Source: Verrucomicrobiota bacterium (GTDB taxonomy: Bacteria; Verrucomicrobiota; Kiritimatiellia; Kiritimatiellales; JBHORO01). From it: 63,914 nt of DNA. The notes beneath the pieces are model-generated. The model was not told the origin of the DNA, did no database searches, and worked only from the letters and a program-made list of their open reading frames with translations. Within the stretch, counting starts at the first letter, position 1; the number at the start of each line of letters is the position of its first letter. Below, piece after piece: positions 30,714-40,531 of this stretch. A program made the translations under genes and the position numbers. Location: the NCBI GenBank assembly GCA_042566005.1, contig JBHORO010000003.1:1-63914 (forward strand), given 5' to 3'.

Positions 30714-32464
30714 CGGGAGACCTCCCCTTCCAATTTACGAATAATCGAAGCCGCCAGTTTTCGTTGATTTTTTGGCTCCGAACGAGGGCTGAAATGTTCC
30801 TGATCGAGCCCGCTCATCAAATCAATCAACTCATTCACCACTGACTCAGAAATACGGTGCTGCTGCAGAACCTTCACCATATCGCCGCGAGTCACCGTGC
30901 CTCGCTGAAAGCCAAATCGCTCGGCAAGATAATCCTGTAAAAGTTCAGCGGTATCCACGTGATTTCTGATCAGACGGCGGCGGAAGCGCGAATACGCGCT
31001 CAAGGCGCGCGCACGTTTCGGGTCCGTTAAAAACAATCGATGGCGACGCGCAAAGGGCTCAAGCAACAGGCAAATAGCCAGAGGCACGGTCAGCCAAAGA
31101 TACCAGTACGACACCGCCCAGCGCGCCACTCGATCCAACAATCCGGCCGACACCTCGCGGTTAAACCAGATCCCTTCCGCGTTCAGCTCGCGCTCATGTT
31201 CAGTATCGTCCAGCTGGGGAGAAACAAAGCGGGTCTGCCCCTCATTCGGCAGCACGTCTAAGGAGATCGCCTCCGACGCGACCATCTCATATCGCGCGGT
31301 TTCCGGATTAAAAACCAGCAACTCGAGGGGCGGAACCATTTGCACGCCCGTGTGCAGCGGACGCACAGACTGCTCATAAACGCGCGCGCCATTTTCCACC
31401 CGGCCCTCACTTTGCGCCTCCGGAATCCAGAAGCTCCGCGCCAATGCATTAAAGCTGCGCAGGTCCGGCAGTTTCAAAGCCTGCACAAACGGTGCTTGCA
31501 GACGGAGCGTAAGCTGAAGTGGAGCGCCCACTTTTATTTCCTGCGAGAAAACCTCAACTTGCAGCGAGCTCTTTCCGACGATCCCCGAAAACGGGGTCAT
31601 GCTTTCATTCACGGGTAACGGCCTTACCGTCAACGTCAGTGGCTTACTTTCTGCGTAATACTCACTGAACGCCTCGTGGGATTCCACCTGCTCAAAAAAG
31701 CTGTTGTCAAAATAGCTGGGGACGTTCTGATAAAATCCGCCTTTTGAGCCGGGCACCCGAGAGCAAAGCAGGTTCATCGGCGGAATTCTCAGTTCACCGG
31801 GCTCCTGTGGAACAATAATCTGCTCAAAGCGGTAAACGGTCATTTTCTTCCCGTCGAGCTCAGCTTCCGCAACCCCAGCCATTACACGCCGATTTCCCAC
31901 CGGGAGCCCGACCACTTTTTCAAAATCCGGCACTACATCCAAAGCCCGCAAATGGGTCATGCTTTGCAACGGCTGAAAAATGCTCACCGCCCGGAGTTGA
32001 CGCGGATCAAATCCAACACGCCACTCTGCAACATAACGAATCGGTTGGCCGACAAATACCTCCTGCGCCGACACCGACGCGGAAAGCGTCAAATCGGCGG
32101 ACTCGCGCGGTTTTTGCACCGTTACGACCTGCGGCTCGGTCTCCAGTTCCTCATTATCACAAGCGACCCAAAACAACGGCAACGCCAGCTTCCCAGCATG
32201 CAGCGGAACCAACCGGAAAGAGAAGGAGTGCGTCTGATTAGTTCCACTTCCGACAACCTGACTATCGCGCTCGATCACCGTGAACCCGGCACCGCGCCAT
32301 TCGGGCTTCGAGCACTCTGCGCCCCTCACAAACAGCACCGCATCAAATGCTCGGCCCGCCACAAAACTTTCCGGCTCCACTTGCAGTGCCGCCGTCGGCT
32401 CCCCGACAACCACGCCACACAAAAGCAGCATTAACGAAATCGCGCTACCAATCTTTTTTAACAT
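30710..32464 (-). CDS. BatD-like protein
   Basis: Signal peptide, repeated Ig-like domains (VFVGQPI; PQEPGELRIPP; FSGIVG; FNPETARYE), C-terminal TM; Bat operon position. Confidence 0.75.
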   Translation of the reverse strand: MLKKIGSAISLMLLLCGVVVGEPTAALQVEPESFVAGRAFDAVLFVRGAECSKPEWRGAGFTVIERDSQVVGSGTNQTHSFSFRLVPLHAGKLALPLFWVACDNEELETEPQVVTVQKPRESADLTLSASVSAQEVFVGQPIRYVAEWRVGFDPRQLRAVSIFQPLQSMTHLRALDVVPDFEKVVGLPVGNRRVMAGVAEAELDGKKMTVYRFEQIIVPQEPGELRIPPMNLLCSRVPGSKGGFYQNVPSYFDNSFFEQVESHEAFSEYYAESKPLTLTVRPLPVNESMTPFSGIVGKSSLQVEVFSQEIKVGAPLQLTLRLQAPFVQALKLPDLRSFNALARSFWIPEAQSEGRVENGARVYEQSVRPLHTGVQMVPPLELLVFNPETARYEMVASEAISLDVLPNEGQTRFVSPQLDDTEHERELNAEGIWFNREVSAGLLDRVARWAVSYWYLWLTVPLAICLLLEPFARRHRLFLTDPKRARALSAYSRFRRRLIRNHVDTAELLQDYLAERFGFQRGTVTRGDMVKVLQQHRISESVVNELIDLMSGLDQEHFSPRSEPKNQRKLAASIIRKLEGEVSR

Positions 32465-34559
32465 CACTATCTCCTCCGCGGCTCTTCTGCTCACGGGCGC
32501 GGTTATTCTCCGCCTCTTCCTTCAAAATCTCTTCGGCTGAAAATTGGGGTTCCGGCAACTGGCGGCTCTCCAGATCCATTCGGCCGGCCGCACTTTCCAT
32601 CGGCATCGACTCCATCTCACCCTCACCCCACTCATCCGACATCTCATACTCGCCTTCGTCATCCTCCGACTTTTCGGGCTCCTCCCCTTCGGAAGACTGT
32701 TGATTAGCAAAAAGGCGCAAGACCTCCTGCATTTTTCTGAAAGCCGTCTCGCTCGAAGTATGCGCCTGTAGCCCCAGCTGTTCGGAGAAGTTCTGGAGAG
32801 CCATCATCAAAGCCGCATCCGCTTCATCCAACAAAGCAGTCGCCTTCGCAAACTCATTATCCTCATCGCCCTCAATGCCCAGGCGGTCGCGCACCAACAG
32901 CTTCATCATATCAGCCAAAGTTGAAAACTCATGACGAACCGGTTCCAGTTCAGCGGAAAGGGTCTTTTCCTGATCCGCACCGCTTGCACAGAGCCGGGCA
33001 ACCTGCTCAGGCGTTGGCTGCGGCTGATGTCTTCTCGGCCTCAACGGGCGGCTCTCATTGACAACGGCCCGCTGCCGCTCAACCAGTTCCTGCAGTTTTG
33101 TGAGTAACGCCCCCATCTGCTTCTGCATCTGATCATCAGCCCGTTCCTGCTCTTCAATAATGGCGACCGCCTGTGCCTGCACGTCATACACGCAACACAA
33201 ATCACGCAGGACACCCTCATCTGCCGGGGCCAATCTTCGCTGGGCCAACAACGCCAATTCCGCCCGTTCAGCCATACCCGCCGCGACATACGGATCTTCA
33301 TCCAGCATCCCGAATGACGCGCGCCCCATCGCCTGCGCACTTGCGTATGCCAACGCCCGGCGTTCACTCTCCGCGCCGACAAAATCCGCCGCCAGGCTAT
33401 AGCACTCCGCAGCCGTCTGAAAATCATCCGATTCCAACGAACTCCGCGCCGCATTGACCAACACCATAACGCGGTCCGCATCCGTCTGTGCACTGGCCAG
33501 CTCCTCCGCCCAATCAGACTCTGCCGCCTCCTGCGCCCAGCCATTCGCACTAACCAGACCCGCCAGCAACAGCACCGCCATTCGACGCCGGAATCTCCCC
33601 AAACCCTGGCCGACAAAAAGAGACAGCAACGCCGCTGCCAAAAAACCGATAAAGCGTTCCTTATATGTCAGCTGCAACTGTCCATCGCTCGCCGCACGCT
33701 CAAGATCGACCGAAACCGACTGATACGCCGAGCCCAAATGAAACATGCCTTTAGACGCATTCAGATAAACCCCGCCGCACCGACGCGCCAGCTCGCGCAA
33801 GGTGTCCTGTTCCTGCTTAACCCTGACGGCCTCGCCTTCGTGTTGCAGGTACCCACCCTTTTCGCCGTCAAAAACCGGAATATGGGCACCGAACTCACTA
33901 TTACCGAAACCGACCACCAGCACACGCGCGCCCGACTCGGCCAACATTCCCGCACTGGCATCAATCGACTCATCCGAATGGTCACCGCCGTCCGTCAAAA
34001 AAATCACATCCTGAAAACCGCGGCGCTTATCGCTTAAAAGGCGATCCGTCACCTTTTCAACTGCTGACTGCAAATAGGTACTGCCATACGAAACCGAACC
34101 CGGTCCGGCATCAGCCAAAACCGTCTGCACAAATGCGCGGTCCTCTGTAAGCGGACAACGAATCGAAGCCGACCCGGCAAACAGCAGCAACCCGATGCGG
34201 CCGCCCGGCAAAAATTCCATACAATCCTGCACCGCCAACTTAGCCATTTCCAGGCGCGAGGGTTGCATATCCTGCGCCAGCATGCTGCGGGAAACATCCA
34301 GCACAAAAATAACATCCCGCCCCTCACGATAAACCGGCGACGGCTCCGGATCGGAAGCCGGCCGTGCCAAAGCCAGCACGACAAATAGAGCCGCTATCAA
34401 GCCGGACCAGGCTGAAAAGCCGGTCGCCTTAGTTGTGCCGCCCATCTTTGAGCGGATCTGCCCAATCGTGCGCTGAGCTCCGAAAACCAAAATGCCCAGC
34501 CCCGCAACAGCAATAAGCAACACAAGCCAGGACGGCTGCTGAAACACGAACTCACTCAT
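32445..34559 (-). CDS. BatB-like vWA protein fused to a long helical / acidic BatC-like C-terminal region
   Basis: ALARP, MIDAS DVSRSM, PSRLE, CPLTED, LTDG; ends VKKDW. Start ATG 34559. Confidence 0.8.
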   Translation of the reverse strand: MSEFVFQQPSWLVLLIAVAGLGILVFGAQRTIGQIRSKMGGTTKATGFSAWSGLIAALFVVLALARPASDPEPSPVYREGRDVIFVLDVSRSMLAQDMQPSRLEMAKLAVQDCMEFLPGGRIGLLLFAGSASIRCPLTEDRAFVQTVLADAGPGSVSYGSTYLQSAVEKVTDRLLSDKRRGFQDVIFLTDGGDHSDESIDASAGMLAESGARVLVVGFGNSEFGAHIPVFDGEKGGYLQHEGEAVRVKQEQDTLRELARRCGGVYLNASKGMFHLGSAYQSVSVDLERAASDGQLQLTYKERFIGFLAAALLSLFVGQGLGRFRRRMAVLLLAGLVSANGWAQEAAESDWAEELASAQTDADRVMVLVNAARSSLESDDFQTAAECYSLAADFVGAESERRALAYASAQAMGRASFGMLDEDPYVAAGMAERAELALLAQRRLAPADEGVLRDLCCVYDVQAQAVAIIEEQERADDQMQKQMGALLTKLQELVERQRAVVNESRPLRPRRHQPQPTPEQVARLCASGADQEKTLSAELEPVRHEFSTLADMMKLLVRDRLGIEGDEDNEFAKATALLDEADAALMMALQNFSEQLGLQAHTSSETAFRKMQEVLRLFANQQSSEGEEPEKSEDDEGEYEMSDEWGEGEMESMPMESAAGRMDLESRQLPEPQFSAEEILKEEAENNRAREQKSRGGDSDVKKDW

Positions 34560-35584
34560 GCCGCCACCCTCAAAATGGTTGACCGCAAAGCGCATTCCAA
34601 AAGCAAAACAGCCAACGCCAACGCTGCGAACAGATGGTATTGCTCTTTGACTTCCAGATGGGTCACGGTCTTAATTTCACTCTTTTCGAGCATATCAATT
34701 TCCTCATAGACCGAACGCAATGTGTCGTAATCAGTTGCCGTCCGGAAAATCCCGCCCGTCTCCTCAGCCATACGCTTCAAAACCAGCTGAGCCTCCGACA
34801 ACTCCTCAACGCGTTGAAAGAGCTCGCCACCCACCACCTCTTTCCGCGTGGCGGGCGCATCGGTAATGCTGATGGTATAAATACGGAAACCCCACTTTTT
34901 GGCCAAGGCGGCCGCCTCCAGCGGCAAGTGTCGGCCGCAGTTATTCTCCCCGTCCGTCAGCAGCAGGATCACCTTACTCTCAACCGCAGCACCGCGCTCT
35001 TCGCCGGCCTCTTCCAGATGACGCAAACGCGCAGCGGCCAACGCTGACGCATCACCATAAGCCGTGCCGTCCTCGTTCGGGCGCTCATTCACCTCGACAT
35101 CACGGATAATCTCAACCAGCGCATCGTGCGAATAGGTCAGCGGTGAAAGTGTATCGGCATAACGAGCAAACGTGATCAGCCCGATCAAATCATCGGAACG
35201 CCCTTCCAGCGCCTCATCATCTCCGGCCACAAATGCCTCGAGCACCTGCTTAGCCACCTCGATGCGCTCAACCTGCCGGTTATCATACGTCATCGTAAAA
35301 CTCATGCTGCTGGAAATATCTAACAGAATTTCCATGGCGATGCCGTAGGTTTTCTGGACCTTCGACTCCAGTTCATGCTGCGGCCTCGCGCAAGCGGCAA
35401 TCAGCAAGACCGCGGCCAATACACGCAACCACGGCGGAAGCCATAGCCATTTCTGGCGGCGACTGACACCACTCTTACGCCAGATTTCAAGCGACGGAAA
35501 CCGGAGCCCTTCCTCCTGCCCTTTTAACAGTAACAGCGGACAAAAAATCAGTGCCCAAAACACGGCCGGATACAGAAACGTCAT
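34556..35584 (-). CDS. BatA-like vWA domain protein
   Basis: ACARPQ, MIDAS DISSSM, DLIGLITFA, GTAYGD, LLTDGENN, MAEETGGIF, IDMLEKS. Confidence 0.85.
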   Translation of the reverse strand: MTFLYPAVFWALIFCPLLLLKGQEEGLRFPSLEIWRKSGVSRRQKWLWLPPWLRVLAAVLLIAACARPQHELESKVQKTYGIAMEILLDISSSMSFTMTYDNRQVERIEVAKQVLEAFVAGDDEALEGRSDDLIGLITFARYADTLSPLTYSHDALVEIIRDVEVNERPNEDGTAYGDASALAAARLRHLEEAGEERGAAVESKVILLLTDGENNCGRHLPLEAAALAKKWGFRIYTISITDAPATRKEVVGGELFQRVEELSEAQLVLKRMAEETGGIFRTATDYDTLRSVYEEIDMLEKSEIKTVTHLEVKEQYHLFAALALAVLLLECALRSTILRVAA

Positions 35585-36075
35585 AGCGTCACCTCCACCG
35601 GATCGTTCCACTGCAAACCATTCTCCGTCTGCACCTCAATTCCGCGTACGCGTACCGGCAACGGCGGCAGCACCAGCTCACGCGACTCCCCTTCCTTCAA
35701 AGGTTCTCGGACGCGCACTTTTATTTCCGGAATGGACGGTGTACCGGGCCGACGCACCTGCAAGTGATAAATGTGACGATACGTCAAATTGCCGCGGCCG
35801 GTCATTGCGTACGCCGGATGCTCTTCGGCAAAAACCAAAAAACCATCGAAGGTGAGCCTTTTAAAATCCACATCCAACTCAGCAGGAGCTTCGAGTTGAA
35901 GCTCAAGTGTGGCCGTCGCCCCCGCCAGAAGATTGGTATCGCTCAAACGGCAGCGCAATATAACGCCGCCCTCTTCCTGCGCACGGACCACGGCCGCTTC
36001 AGGCGGCGTGTCAGGACGTTGCGCGCACCCTGCCAGCAGCAGAGTGCAGATAAACCATTTAGCCACCGGCTTCAT
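35581..36075 (-). CDS. Hypothetical lipoprotein of the Bat operon (single Ig/BatD-like domain)
   Basis: Lipobox LAGC; overlaps both neighbours in the operon. Confidence 0.6.
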   Translation of the reverse strand: MKPVAKWFICTLLLAGCAQRPDTPPEAAVVRAQEEGGVILRCRLSDTNLLAGATATLELQLEAPAELDVDFKRLTFDGFLVFAEEHPAYAMTGRGNLTYRHIYHLQVRRPGTPSIPEIKVRVREPLKEGESRELVLPPLPVRVRGIEVQTENGLQWNDPVEVTL

Positions 36076-36949
36076 CAATAATCCTCCGATAGCGTTTGTT
36101 GAAAAATTCAATAAGGACAGGAACCACGTCCTGCTCGGTCGACAGATCGATACTGTCTACACCGAGCTCCATCAACAACGTCAGCAATTCCTGACGTTGC
36201 TCGGCGTACTGCGCCTCAAATGCTGACCGGATTGAGTCCGAGCGGGTGTCGACCAGCAGCTGCTCACCACTCTCGGAATCGCGCATCAGCACAAGGCCCG
36301 CATCATCGAAACGGCGTTCCTGCGGCGATTCAACCTTCACCGCAATCATATCGTGGCGACATGCCAGCACGCCCAGTGAATCTGTAAAATCAGTATCAAT
36401 AAAATCGGATACAACAAACCCGATTGCGCGTTTGCGGGCGACATGCCCCATAAAGTCGAGTGCCTCGGAAATCCGCGTGCCGCTGTGTTCGGGCTTGAAC
36501 GTGAGCAGATCATCAATCAGCCGCATCACATGCAACTGCCCCTTCATCGGCGGGACATAGTGCTCAACACGGTCCGTAAAAATCATCAGACCGATACGGT
36601 CATTATTGCGCAACGCACAGAGCGCCAGCATCATGCAGACCTCGGCCACCACATCGCGTTTCGAACGCGCACCGCCGGAAAAGTCCCCGGACGCAGAATA
36701 GTCCACCAGCAGAAAGACCGCATTTTCACGCTCTTCAATAAAGCGTTTAACGTGCGGGCGGCCCGTACGAGCGGTGACCTTCCAGTCAATCATCCGGACG
36801 TCATCGCCGTGGGCATACTCACGCACGGATTCAAACTCGATCCCACGCCCCTTGAACACACTGTGGTACTCCCCGGCGAGCAGGTGCTCGACGGGATATC
36901 GGCACCGCAACTGCAGGTGGTGCAGGTGCTGTTCAACATCGTATTGCAC
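36059..36949 (-). CDS. DUF58 domain protein
   Basis: GEYHSVFKGRGIEFESVREY..GDDVRMIDWKVTAR, VDYSAS, VVSDF. Confidence 0.92.
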   Translation of the reverse strand: MQYDVEQHLHHLQLRCRYPVEHLLAGEYHSVFKGRGIEFESVREYAHGDDVRMIDWKVTARTGRPHVKRFIEERENAVFLLVDYSASGDFSGGARSKRDVVAEVCMMLALCALRNNDRIGLMIFTDRVEHYVPPMKGQLHVMRLIDDLLTFKPEHSGTRISEALDFMGHVARKRAIGFVVSDFIDTDFTDSLGVLACRHDMIAVKVESPQERRFDDAGLVLMRDSESGEQLLVDTRSDSIRSAFEAQYAEQRQELLTLLMELGVDSIDLSTEQDVVPVLIEFFNKRYRRIIDEAGG

Positions 36950-36963
36950 AGGGCAAACCTCCG

Positions 36964-37932
36964 TTAAGGAATGCGAACAGACGAAAGAATCTGACCGATC
37001 AGATCATCGGTAGTAATACCGCCCGCATCCGCTTTATACGAGAGCGCCAAACGATGGCGCAGAATATCGGGAACCACCGCCTTAATATCGTCTGGAATCA
37101 CATAATCACGTTGCTGCAAAAAGGCCACCCCACGCGCGGCTTTTGCCAGATAGATGGACGCACGCGGCGACGCCCCGTAGCGGGTGTACGCGTCGATATC
37201 CAAATCATACTCCGACGGCGTACGCGTCGCATTCACGATATGCAGAATGTAATGCTCCAGACGCTCTTCCATGTGAATTTCATCAAGCATACCGCGCATC
37301 GCTTCGATTTTCGCCAGGTCCAACACCGGGTCTACATTCAACACAGGGGCCGCACTGGACATACGTTTCAAGATGCTGTGTTCTTCGTCAAAGGACGGAT
37401 AATCCACCTTCAGTTTAAACATAAAGCGGTCCACCTGCGCCTCAGGCAGCGGATACGTTCCCTCCTGCTCGATCGGGTTCTGCGTCGCCAAAACCATAAA
37501 CGGGCGCGGCAGCGAAAAGGTGTCTTTTCCAAGGGTAACCTGCTTCTCCTGCATCGCCTCAAGCAAAGCACTCTGCACCTTGGCGGGCGCGCGGTTAATT
37601 TCATCGGCCAGCAGAATATTGGCAAAGACCGGACCCTTTTCGGAAGTGAACGCGTGCGTCTCCGGATTATAAACCATCGTTCCGATCAAGTCGCTCGGAA
37701 GCAGGTCGGGCGTAAACTGAATGCGGCTGAACTGCGCGGAGAGCGACTGAGCGAGCGTATTCACGGTCAGTGTTTTGGCGATACCGGGAACCCCTTCAAT
37801 CAGCACATGCCCGTTACACAAAAGGGCCAGCAACAGACGATCCACCAGGTCAGCCTGACCAACGACCACCTTAGCAATTTCCCTGCGCACCGTTTCCAAC
37901 AGCGCGGCCGACTCTTCCAGTTGCTTCTTCAT
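36964..37932 (-). CDS. MoxR family AAA+ ATPase
   Basis: EGVPGIAKT, RIQFTPDLLPSD, DEINRAPAKVQSALLEAM, TQNPIEQEGTYPLPEAQVDRF. Confidence 0.95.
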   Translation of the reverse strand: MKKQLEESAALLETVRREIAKVVVGQADLVDRLLLALLCNGHVLIEGVPGIAKTLTVNTLAQSLSAQFSRIQFTPDLLPSDLIGTMVYNPETHAFTSEKGPVFANILLADEINRAPAKVQSALLEAMQEKQVTLGKDTFSLPRPFMVLATQNPIEQEGTYPLPEAQVDRFMFKLKVDYPSFDEEHSILKRMSSAAPVLNVDPVLDLAKIEAMRGMLDEIHMEERLEHYILHIVNATRTPSEYDLDIDAYTRYGASPRASIYLAKAARGVAFLQQRDYVIPDDIKAVVPDILRHRLALSYKADAGGITTDDLIGQILSSVRIP

Positions 37933-38182
37933 TACTTCCCCCGAAAGCCTAATTAGATCTTATTTAAAAAAGATATTTTTACTACTAGATAATATGCAGG
38001 TCGATCGTTTTCCCGCACTCAAAAGTGAAAAATATACAGCCGTACAACCGCGGAAAATGGTTAAGAAAACGAACTGCCTCGATGCCTTTCAGAAAGCACT
38101 TCCAGCCCCCGACAAAAACAGATCCCGCTTTACTTCGCGACAAGTTATGAGCACATGATCAAAATGTCGACAGGAGAAGATT

Positions 38183-38545
38183 ATGGTTAGACCTCACAAA
38201 CCACGACGCATCGGTCATCGGCCGGATGCTGTTTTATACAAACCAGCCGGCATCCCTGCCTCACGCCTCAATTGCGTGGAATTATCACTCGACGAACTGG
38301 AAGCCCTGCGACTGGCCGACAGCGAACACCTCGATCAAGCGAGCGTCGCTGAAAAGATGAACGTGTCGCGCCCCACCGTCGGCCGCATTCTGGCAAGCGG
38401 ACGTGAAAAGGTCGCCAAAGCGCTCAGCCACGGCATGGCAATCTCCATTGAGGCGGGACCTGCTGATCTGGAATTTTATGATGAACTCCCGCGCCGCGGA
38501 TGCTGTAAAGGTTGCAGGAACAGAGCCGAGGAAAATGACGATTAA
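38183..38545 (+). CDS. DUF134 (UPF0251) HTH DNA-binding protein
   Basis: RPHKPR, YKPAG, DELEALRLAD, QASVAEKMNVSRPT, REKVA; Cys-rich tail CCKGC. Confidence 0.88.
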   Translation: MVRPHKPRRIGHRPDAVLYKPAGIPASRLNCVELSLDELEALRLADSEHLDQASVAEKMNVSRPTVGRILASGREKVAKALSHGMAISIEAGPADLEFYDELPRRGCCKGCRNRAEENDD

Positions 38546-38630
38546 AGCAGCAATCTGCAGCCGTAACGGCGACCCGAACAGCGCGATCGATATTCACTTC
38601 GAACAGAATCCGGCCAGATCTACTTTTGCG
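38535..38630 (+). pseudogene. Truncated remnant of a NifB/NifX (FeMo-cofactor-binding family)-like gene
   Basis: ATG overlapping the DUF134 end gives MTIKAAICSRNGDPNSAIDIHF, resembling the NifX-family N-terminus. Similarity is then lost and the frame runs into the convergent antiporter gene. Confidence 0.4.
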
Positions 38631-38633
38631 TGT

Positions 38634-39716
38634 TCAGCCGCGGAAAAGGATGTAACTGCCCAGAATATAAACCGCCAGCATGATCCACGAAATGCCGGAG
38701 ATGCCGGCGACGGTGCGGCGCGGTTTGAGGCGCAGGGAAATCAACACGAGTGCCGTCAGCACGACGATCATTGCGGTTGTCACCAGATGACTGGGTGAGG
38801 CGTAACGCAGCAGCGATCCCTGACGCAGGCCGACATCACAGGCAAATACAATCAACAGGTTAAACATATTACTGCCGAGCACATTGGCGGCGGCCATATC
38901 CAGGAAACCGAGGCGCACGGCAGAGATGCCGACCACCAGTTCCGGCAGGCTGGTTGAGATCGCCAGAAAGATGGAACCGATAAAACTCTCCTCCAAGCCG
39001 AAGCCGCCCTGTTCTGCAGGCAACGCCATCCGCCCCCCCAGCACCGACAGGCAGATTCCGCTGCCGACAATTACCAGTGCGAGCAGCGCAACCGCACTGT
39101 AAAAGCGGGCGGCAGACATCTGCACCAGTTTCTGATTGGCCTCTTCCTCCTCTTCCGGTTCACCACTCTTTTGCTCACGCAAAATCAGAACCAAATAGCT
39201 GACCGGAAGCAACAGGGTCAACGCGCCGCAGGAGATGAACGGAAGCACAACTCCGCTCTGTTTGGCAAAAGCATAGGAAGCGACAAATACGGCCAGCATA
39301 ATCAAACCGTAAACCGTCGGCTGGGTGTGCGGGTAACGGAGGCTCCCGATCAGCGCCCCTTTACGATAGATCGCATCCAGCACCACGATAATCATGAGAT
39401 TAAACACATTGGAGCCCAGCATGTTCCCCACCGCCAGATCGGCGCCTGCGCGGAAGTGGTTTTCCTGCACAGCCAATGCCATATCCGGAGAAACGGCCAG
39501 CGACTCTTTCAAAACGGAGGTCAACGAAACGACCAGTTCCGGCAGACTGGTTATCGCCGCCAGAAAAATCAATCCGGCCATGCCGCTGCCGATTTTTGTG
39601 CGCTCACCAAGCGCGCCGCCATACTCACTGAGTAGCGTGCCGCTCCAGACAATACAGCCTGCAAAAAAGAGGAACGAGAGAACCAATCCGATTTGTGTTG
39701 TCCAAAAGAAATCCAT
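38634..39716 (-). CDS. Sodium/calcium (CaCA family) antiporter
   Basis: Two alpha repeats TSLPELVV...GN/AN..GSN.FN, about 10 TM segments. Confidence 0.88.
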   Translation of the reverse strand: MDFFWTTQIGLVLSFLFFAGCIVWSGTLLSEYGGALGERTKIGSGMAGLIFLAAITSLPELVVSLTSVLKESLAVSPDMALAVQENHFRAGADLAVGNMLGSNVFNLMIIVVLDAIYRKGALIGSLRYPHTQPTVYGLIMLAVFVASYAFAKQSGVVLPFISCGALTLLLPVSYLVLILREQKSGEPEEEEEANQKLVQMSAARFYSAVALLALVIVGSGICLSVLGGRMALPAEQGGFGLEESFIGSIFLAISTSLPELVVGISAVRLGFLDMAAANVLGSNMFNLLIVFACDVGLRQGSLLRYASPSHLVTTAMIVVLTALVLISLRLKPRRTVAGISGISWIMLAVYILGSYILFRG

Positions 39717-39760
39717 AATGCGCGGATAGTAACGCGTGGACCGCCAAAGAGAAAATGATT

Positions 39761-40531
39761 TTAAAGCTGAATCGCCAGCCCGTCGTATGGAACTTCAATC
39801 CCGTCCGGCAACGCGGCCTGCAACGCGGTATGTTCATTATCGTGGGTCAGGTGCGTCACAAACGAGCGCTTAGCCCCGATCTGTTGCAACATGGCGACAG
39901 ACTCCTCCGTCGAAAAATGGGTCTGGTGCGCCTTTGGGCGTAACGCGTCCAGAATCATCACATCCGGCTGTCCAATCAATGTCAGCGTCTCGGCCGGGAT
40001 GCCGTTACAGTCCGGCGCATAAACGAGAGTCCTCGTCCCATCGTCGACGCGGTACGCATTAATCAGCCCTTGCCCGTGCCGGACCGGCAGTGGAGTAATG
40101 CACACGCCGCCCAGCTCCACAGGTTCCGTCAGATCGATAAAGTCGACCCGCGGAACGGCATTGACGGCATAACTCGGCTTCTGGGCATAGTCAAATTTGA
40201 GCCGCATATCCGCCATGGTTTCGGGAGAGCCGTAGGTCGGAATACAACAACCCTGCAAGGCGCAGTAACGGCGGATATCGTCAAAACCGAAAATATGGTC
40301 TGCGTGATTATGAGTCAGGAAAACGGCATCCACGCGTTCGACGCGGTTGTCTATTGCCTGCAAGCGGAACTCCGGCGAGGTATCAAAAATCAGGTGCATA
40401 CCGTTCGCGACCACATACAGGCCCGTCCGGCGACGGTGATTACGCGGGTCGCCGGAGCTACAAACAAAACAGGAGCACCCAATCATGGGCACTCCGTGTG
40501 ACGTTCCGGTTCCGAGAAAAACCGCCTTCAT
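39761..40531 (-). CDS. MBL-fold metallo-hydrolase, PhnP-like
   Basis: FLGTGTSHGVP.IGC.C.VC, THNHADHIFG, HG, THF, THLTH. Confidence 0.9.
   Translation of the reverse strand: MKAVFLGTGTSHGVPMIGCSCFVCSSGDPRNHRRRTGLYVVANGMHLIFDTSPEFRLQAIDNRVERVDAVFLTHNHADHIFGFDDIRRYCALQGCCIPTYGSPETMADMRLKFDYAQKPSYAVNAVPRVDFIDLTEPVELGGVCITPLPVRHGQGLINAYRVDDGTRTLVYAPDCNGIPAETLTLIGQPDVMILDALRPKAHQTHFSTEESVAMLQQIGAKRSFVTHLTHDNEHTALQAALPDGIEVPYDGLAIQL

Noticed and set aside
38403..38798. 131-aa ORF as a real full-length gene
   Set aside because: It overlaps DUF134 and the convergent antiporter; only the ~22-aa NifX-like stub looks meaningful.
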